Of a stretch of DNA of 29,644 nt, positions 24,782 through 29,644 are shown piece by piece (positions within the stretch are counted from its first letter, which is position 1; every line of letters begins with the position of its first letter). The notes under the pieces were generated by a model. That model saw nothing but the letters and a program-made list of their open reading frames with translations, was not told the origin of the DNA and ran no database searches. A program made the position numbers and the translations under genes. Source of the stretch: a virus (Duplodnaviria; Caudoviricetes); IMG/VR virus record IMGVR_UViG_3300008255_000359, positions 1 to 29,644 of that record, one strand, 5' to 3'.

Positions 24782-25047
24782 ACAAAGAGTTTGCTGAAGC
24801 TGAAAGTATGATACGTGGCGCAGATGCTCTACTTTCAGCTGCTCAGCAAGAACAAAAAGGCGCTCCAGCTCTTGAAATAAATGAGGGTTTATCACAGATC
24901 AGAGAGCAGTTTTTTTATTGGGATTGGAGAATTTTAAGATGTGCCAAAAACCCTGAACACATCGAATACATGAATAACTGTCAGATTTCCATAACCGCAC
25001 AGTTTTACTTTAACCACTTACTAGAGCAATTATGGCGAACGAAATAA
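24766..25047 (+). CDS. Tail assembly chaperone T segment, likely made by -1 frameshift (GT fusion)
   Basis: The -1 frame is open from the heptamer at 24766-24772 (FFVAINKEFAEAES) into ORF 24808..25047. Confidence 0.72.
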   Translation, partial: FFVAINKEFAEAESMIRGADALLSAAQQEQKGAPALEINEGLSQIREQFFYWDWRILRCAKNPEHIEYMNNCQISITAQFYFNHLLEQLWRTK

Positions 25048-27965
25048 AAATTACCCTTGTACTAGACAGTTCTGGCGCTGTTAAGAATTTAGATTCGTTC
25101 CAATCTGAGCTTGACCAAACGAGTAAAAAAGTTCAGAATGCCGCTTCAAAATCGGGAGGCGCAACCAGCTCTATCACCAATTCATTTAAAAATCTACTCA
25201 CAGGACCTTTAGGAATTGCAGGCTTGACAGCTGGAGCTGGAGCAGTAGTAAGTAAAGCCATTGGCCGAGCAATAGAAGTCGGTACAAAATATGAGACACA
25301 GCTCAAAAACCTTTCTGCAATAACTGGAATCGCTGGAGGTTCACTTCGCAATTTGGGCAATACAGCCGTTGAAGAAAGTATTCGTACAGGAATTGCAGCT
25401 TCAGATCAGTTAGAAGCCTATAAACTTGTAGCTTCTCAACTTGCTGAGAAAATCGATTTTAATACAGATGCAGGTTTACAGCAATTAAAAAGCGTTACTC
25501 GTGAAGCGCTTACCCTTTCTGAAGCAGCTGGAATTGACCTCAAAACAGCAGTAAACGCAACTAGTTCAGCCATTAACCAATTCGGGTTAAGTGCTGAAGA
25601 GGCTTCAAGAGTGGTAAATACACTCGCAGCAGGTTCAAAATTCGGCGCAGCTGAAGTGAACGAAATTGCAGAAGCAATGAAGGAAGCTGGAGCAGGTTTT
25701 GCAGCTGCTAATCAACCGATTGAAGCAACAAATGCTGGTATTCAAGTTTTAGCTGCCAATGCAATAAAAGGCTCTCAGGCTGGTACGGCTTTGAGAAATA
25801 TCATTACGATTCTTCAAACTGAAACAACAAAACTGGCTAAGTTTGGAATTAATGATGTTAATGTAAAAACAGACGGCTTTGCTAATTCCTTGGCGAAGCT
25901 TTCACCAATTTTAAACGATACCACTGCGCTTACACAGATTTTCGGTCGCGAGAATTTAAACGCTGCTCAATTATTAATTAAGAATGCCAACTCTGTTGCA
26001 TTAATGCAGGAGAAAGTAACTGGAACAGGAACAGCGTATGAGCAAGCAGCAATACAATCAGATTCTTTTGAAAAAGCAAGCCTAAGACTAGCTAATGCTT
26101 GGGATGGAGTCTTGTTAAAATCCTTCTCAAACAGTAAAGGAATTCTAGTTGATGTAACTAATCTGCTAACAAATGCAACGGTCGCTGTGGGTGATTTATT
26201 CAGCTCAACCGATGCCATAGTTGCGACTGAAGGATGGCTAAGTGCATTGGGAAATTTGGGCGCACAGTTGGGAATACTTGGTCCGAATGTAATGTTACTT
26301 GCAAAAGCTCAAGGTTTAGCAGCACAGGTTGCTGTTGAAGCTAGAGATAGTGAGACAGCTGCACATCGTAGAAATATTAGAGCCATTGAGGAAAGAATTG
26401 CTATATCAACAGATTTAGTTAATTCTGATCGTTTTGATGCAGAGCAAAAGAAGATTTTAACCGAATCCATAAGCAAATTAAACGATGAGCTAGAGCGAGA
26501 AAATAAACTCCTGAAGGAAAAAACTGGAGGAGCTACAACTCAAAACTCAACAGTAAATACTGAAACAACAACCTTTTCAGCTGGCATTGATACAGCGTCA
26601 TTCGATCAAGTAAACAATGCGTTTAACGTAGTTGCTGATGTGGTTAAAAAAACTGAGACAGGAGTAAAAACACTTCAGTATAATCTGAATTCCCTCTCGG
26701 TACCAATGATTGGGAAAACATTAGCCAACGATCTAAACAGTATTAAAGGCATCGATGCAGAAATTAACACAGCAAGAACTCGTTATTTAGAAGCGACAAC
26801 CGCCGAAGAGCGAGCAGCCCAAGAGCAAAGAATTGCATCTTTAGAGGCTTTAAAAACAGCAATGATTGGCAATGTTTCTGTGATTGAAGCTCAGAATCAA
26901 ATGGCATTAGAGTCTTTACAAGAACAAATTGCATCTACAATTGAAGCTTTTGAGCCGTTCAAAAATGCTGGAATGTCTGTTGTAAATACCTTAATGCAGG
27001 CTAATAAAAGACAGTCAGAAGAAAAGATTGCTCAGATCGAAAAAGAAAAAGAGCGTATGCTTCGCCGTTATGATGTTGAGCTAGAGCGTACTGATCTTAC
27101 AGAGACTCAAAAGATAGAGTTACTTAAAAAACGTGATGAGGCCGAGGATTCTTACAATAAAAAGGTTCAATTCGAGAAGAAAAAACAAGCTAATCGTGAT
27201 CGGGATTGGGCATTAGCTCAAATAGCTATTGAGACAGCAATAAACATTGCAAAGGCTTTTCCAAACGTATTTCAAATGATTGCAGCTGGAGCAACTGGAG
27301 CGACTCAAGCAGGTGCGGTTTTGGCTCAGCCAGTTCCTTATGCTACTGGTGGAATTGTTAAGAATCAGGTAAATAACGTTATGAGCAATTCAAGTGGCTT
27401 AATGGTTACCGAGCCAATGAACACACTTTATAACTCAGTAAAATCTGAAAATCAACAATATTACAATACGACTAGTGCGAGTGGATTACAGGTCACAGAA
27501 CCAATGAACTCAACCTTAGTTGCAGTAAGTAATGGTGAGTTCCTAGTTCCTCCATCAGTAACCGAAAAGTATCAAAACTCGTTAGAAATGATTAATACTG
27601 GAATGATACAAGGTCCAGGAACAGGCACATCAGATAGTATTATAGGTTATGCAGAAAATGGTTCTTATGTTGTAAATGCTAAGGCTACGAGCAAAAACAG
27701 AACAGCATTAGAAGCAATGGTTGAAGGCCGTTATGCAAACGGAGGAATAGTTGGATTAAATTCTCAAAACAATCCTACTCAAACCGTTAGTGTCGCAACT
27801 AATAATGAAGAATTAATTGCTGTTTTGGATGATGTTTCCGTAAGCTTAGAGGAATTGCGAGAGCAGCTAGCAAAGGGTTTAACTGGAGAGCTAGATGGCG
27901 ACAAATTCAGACTATTTCAACAAAACATCAACCAATACGACGATCGCAATCGCGTTAGATTTTAG
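25032..27965 (+). CDS. Tail tape measure protein (TP901-like core)
   Basis: 977 aa, Ala/Gly-rich; INQFGLSAEEASRVVNTLAAGS, IKGSQAGTALRN, QIFGRE; C-terminal YATGG and GPGTGTSDSI motifs. Confidence 0.92.
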   Translation: MANEIKITLVLDSSGAVKNLDSFQSELDQTSKKVQNAASKSGGATSSITNSFKNLLTGPLGIAGLTAGAGAVVSKAIGRAIEVGTKYETQLKNLSAITGIAGGSLRNLGNTAVEESIRTGIAASDQLEAYKLVASQLAEKIDFNTDAGLQQLKSVTREALTLSEAAGIDLKTAVNATSSAINQFGLSAEEASRVVNTLAAGSKFGAAEVNEIAEAMKEAGAGFAAANQPIEATNAGIQVLAANAIKGSQAGTALRNIITILQTETTKLAKFGINDVNVKTDGFANSLAKLSPILNDTTALTQIFGRENLNAAQLLIKNANSVALMQEKVTGTGTAYEQAAIQSDSFEKASLRLANAWDGVLLKSFSNSKGILVDVTNLLTNATVAVGDLFSSTDAIVATEGWLSALGNLGAQLGILGPNVMLLAKAQGLAAQVAVEARDSETAAHRRNIRAIEERIAISTDLVNSDRFDAEQKKILTESISKLNDELERENKLLKEKTGGATTQNSTVNTETTTFSAGIDTASFDQVNNAFNVVADVVKKTETGVKTLQYNLNSLSVPMIGKTLANDLNSIKGIDAEINTARTRYLEATTAEERAAQEQRIASLEALKTAMIGNVSVIEAQNQMALESLQEQIASTIEAFEPFKNAGMSVVNTLMQANKRQSEEKIAQIEKEKERMLRRYDVELERTDLTETQKIELLKKRDEAEDSYNKKVQFEKKKQANRDRDWALAQIAIETAINIAKAFPNVFQMIAAGATGATQAGAVLAQPVPYATGGIVKNQVNNVMSNSSGLMVTEPMNTLYNSVKSENQQYYNTTSASGLQVTEPMNSTLVAVSNGEFLVPPSVTEKYQNSLEMINTGMIQGPGTGTSDSIIGYAENGSYVVNAKATSKNRTALEAMVEGRYANGGIVGLNSQNNPTQTVSVATNNEELIAVLDDVSVSLEELREQLAKGLTGELDGDKFRLFQQNINQYDDRNRVRF

Positions 27966-27972
27966 GTAAAAA

Positions 27973-29247
27973 ATGGCTTGGTATCCAGCATACGAAACAA
28001 CTTTAGGAACGTACACGCTTATTATAGAACGTGATTTAGCTTCTGCGCCAACGGTTCAGGAGCTTTTTATCATTGGTGATCAGCTAAAATTTAGCACATC
28101 AACAGAGTACGGCAGTGGTTTTCTTAACTATATATATGACTCCGTAATTCTCAACGAAAACGATATAGTTGATATATTCGCAAAAAACGAGGTATTTAAA
28201 ACAAGGTTGAGAATAAAAGAGAGCACTTCAACTCGTTATTTGCTCTATCCTTCACCTCATAAGTTGGTATTCGTTTCAGGTCAAAAACAAAGAGAGTTAA
28301 AAATAACCTGGACAGATGGAAGTTTTAAAACCAAATATGCAGCTGCAAGTCGTTTTAATCTAACGTTTACTGACCCAGAAGTCTATTTATATGCTCTTTT
28401 AGATGCTATTGCTGAATATATCGGTTGGGATGGTCAAGACAACTGGCGCTATTATCACAATTGGCGACCTGTCAATTTTGATGGTGATTCAAATGGAGAA
28501 ATAACACCTTGGCAAAGTATCGCTATTGCGACATCTTTTTTGAGTTCAGATATAACCTATCAAGAGTTAGTTGAATTCTTTTCAACAGCATTTTTGGCAA
28601 CAATAGGCCAATCGAGACGCTTTAATTCACAGCCAGTATTAATAATGACCGCAGACCCACAGGTTGTAACTGTATCTGACCAGACCTTCTATGGCTTTAA
28701 AGTAAGCTTTGGAAGCCCAACGACAGCAACAACAGAAGACTTTACTTTACCCATTTACGGCACTGATAAACTAACAAAACAATCATTAAAAGCTGAAAAA
28801 GCGTACGGATTAAGCGTTGTGAAGCACGAAGATAGTGTTGGAGCGGTTGAGACAGATGAAGACAACACAGAGTTTGGCAAATATTTACCTAACTTTCAAA
28901 AGACAGTAGGTTATGATATAGCTTCATTTGTAGGGCCCTTATGCTACAACTATTTAGCAGTAGATTTTGAAAGATACACACCTTTAATACTAGTTGACCC
29001 AGATAATGAACTAACCAGCTTCACGATACTAGAAGCCTTGACATTTTGGATTAAACGCTACATAGGAAGCGAACACATACAAGCAGAATTCGAGATACAC
29101 GAGGCGATTGACCCAATATTCCCCTTCATAATAGATGTTGCAATAGACTCAGTAAAGTACATCTTCAGAGCAATAGAAGGAGAAATAAACCTAAGACGCA
29201 ACATAACCACAGTAACCAAAGCAATAAGTTTAGGCGAGTATTCGTAA
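27973..29247 (+). CDS. Putative tail tip/hub protein
   Basis: 424 aa, the only gene after the tape measure; call is positional. Confidence 0.5.
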   Translation: MAWYPAYETTLGTYTLIIERDLASAPTVQELFIIGDQLKFSTSTEYGSGFLNYIYDSVILNENDIVDIFAKNEVFKTRLRIKESTSTRYLLYPSPHKLVFVSGQKQRELKITWTDGSFKTKYAAASRFNLTFTDPEVYLYALLDAIAEYIGWDGQDNWRYYHNWRPVNFDGDSNGEITPWQSIAIATSFLSSDITYQELVEFFSTAFLATIGQSRRFNSQPVLIMTADPQVVTVSDQTFYGFKVSFGSPTTATTEDFTLPIYGTDKLTKQSLKAEKAYGLSVVKHEDSVGAVETDEDNTEFGKYLPNFQKTVGYDIASFVGPLCYNYLAVDFERYTPLILVDPDNELTSFTILEALTFWIKRYIGSEHIQAEFEIHEAIDPIFPFIIDVAIDSVKYIFRAIEGEINLRRNITTVTKAISLGEYS

Positions 29248-29256
29248 CTTCACCAC

Positions 29257-29320
29257 ATTGCGACAATTAAAGGCATTTGTCGCAATTCCAACGCGCGATT
29301 TGTCGCTGTTTTATAATACA
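29257..29320 (-). repeat. Right end (attR) with three transposase-site-like repeats
   Basis: TATAATACA terminus; ATTTGTCGC at 29298-29306 and 29275-29283 (23-bp period); inverted copy ATTGCGACAA at 29257-29266. Confidence 0.88.
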
Positions 29321-29644
29321 AAGAAGAAGAAGTAGCAATAACAGAGAAATATAATTTCAAGAATGTTGTCAAAATTGATTCAAGTATAAGTGGTGGTTTT
29401 GTATTTATGATGGTTTCAGTTGAAAAGCAACCTCTTAAAACAAAGAATATTATTATTGCAAATACTACATTTCGGTTTACTTCTGATAATTCAGTAACTC
29501 TAAAGACAGCTGATAAACTTGTGGCAAAAGGTGCAGGAAGCCCAGCACGTATTAACGTTTATCAAGCATGGGCTCTTTCAAAACGTGCATCTTTAAGAGT
29601 TTTAGCTGGACTTACTAATATGAATGTACGTTCTTTAGATAAAA
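29321..29644 (+). pseudogene. Probable host CDS fragment downstream of the phage right end
   Basis: Stop-free frame EEEVAITEKYNFKNVVK...NVRSLDK running to the window end. Confidence 0.55.

Larger units (their letters stand above)
154..29320 (+). mobile_element. Mu-like transposable (pro)phage, apparently complete, probably with a non-contractile tail
   Basis: Inverted TG...CA ends; DDE transposase followed by AAA ATPase; Mu gp16/gp29/gp36/gp37-like genes; terminase, capsid and tape measure; no sheath gene recognised. Confidence 0.93.

Noticed and set aside
13839-26218. Antisense or alternate-frame ORFs inside structural genes (13839, 15234, 16171, 17006, 17041, 18364, 19643, 20505, 21003, 21010, 21451, 22082, 25133, 25967)
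   Set aside because: Fully overlap conserved genes; none has a lipobox or other sign of a real nested gene such as Rz1.
25032-29320. Diversity-generating retroelement or invertible host-range segment
   Set aside because: No reverse transcriptase, template/variable repeat pair, invertase or flanking inverted sites seen.
148-29321. ATACAA at 148-153 and 29316-29321 as a 6-bp target-site duplication
   Set aside because: The right copy overlaps the terminal inverted repeat; using it removes the CA end and puts the flank ORFs out of frame.

Overview
The window holds a complete, compact (154-29320, 29167 bp) Mu-like transposable phage or prophage bounded by inverted TGTATTATA ends, with 153 bp and 324 bp of probable host coding DNA on either side. 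From left to right: an S24/LexA-type repressor (-); an early operon (Ner/Cro-like, GemA-like, DUF3102-like, DDE transposase, MuB-like ATPase, MazG-like and HD nucleotide enzymes, Ogr-like zinc finger, a displaced gpF-like head protein, HNH); a Bro-N antirepressor cassette preceded by a C4/CI-like antisense RNA; and two divergent late operons. The leftward operon is terS-terL-portal-orphan-G-like-unimolecular spanin candidate. The rightward operon is gp36/gp37-like, Clp protease-scaffold, capsid, lysis genes, two paralogous tail-tube-like genes, a frameshifting chaperone, tape measure and one terminal tail gene. The most striking unexplained signal is a set of palindromes inside coding sequences. 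A perfect 20-bp palindrome is shared by the DUF3102-like gene and the repressor linker and encodes the same peptide (SVKSISH) in both. Unrelated palindromes lie inside the Bro-N gene and a membrane-anchored protein gene. Other notable points are the missing target-site duplication with flanks that join in frame, a membrane-domain/CHAP fusion lysin, a tRNA T-arm-like element between the tail paralogues, and no recognisable tail fibre. All family calls come from motif recognition by eye; no searches were run.
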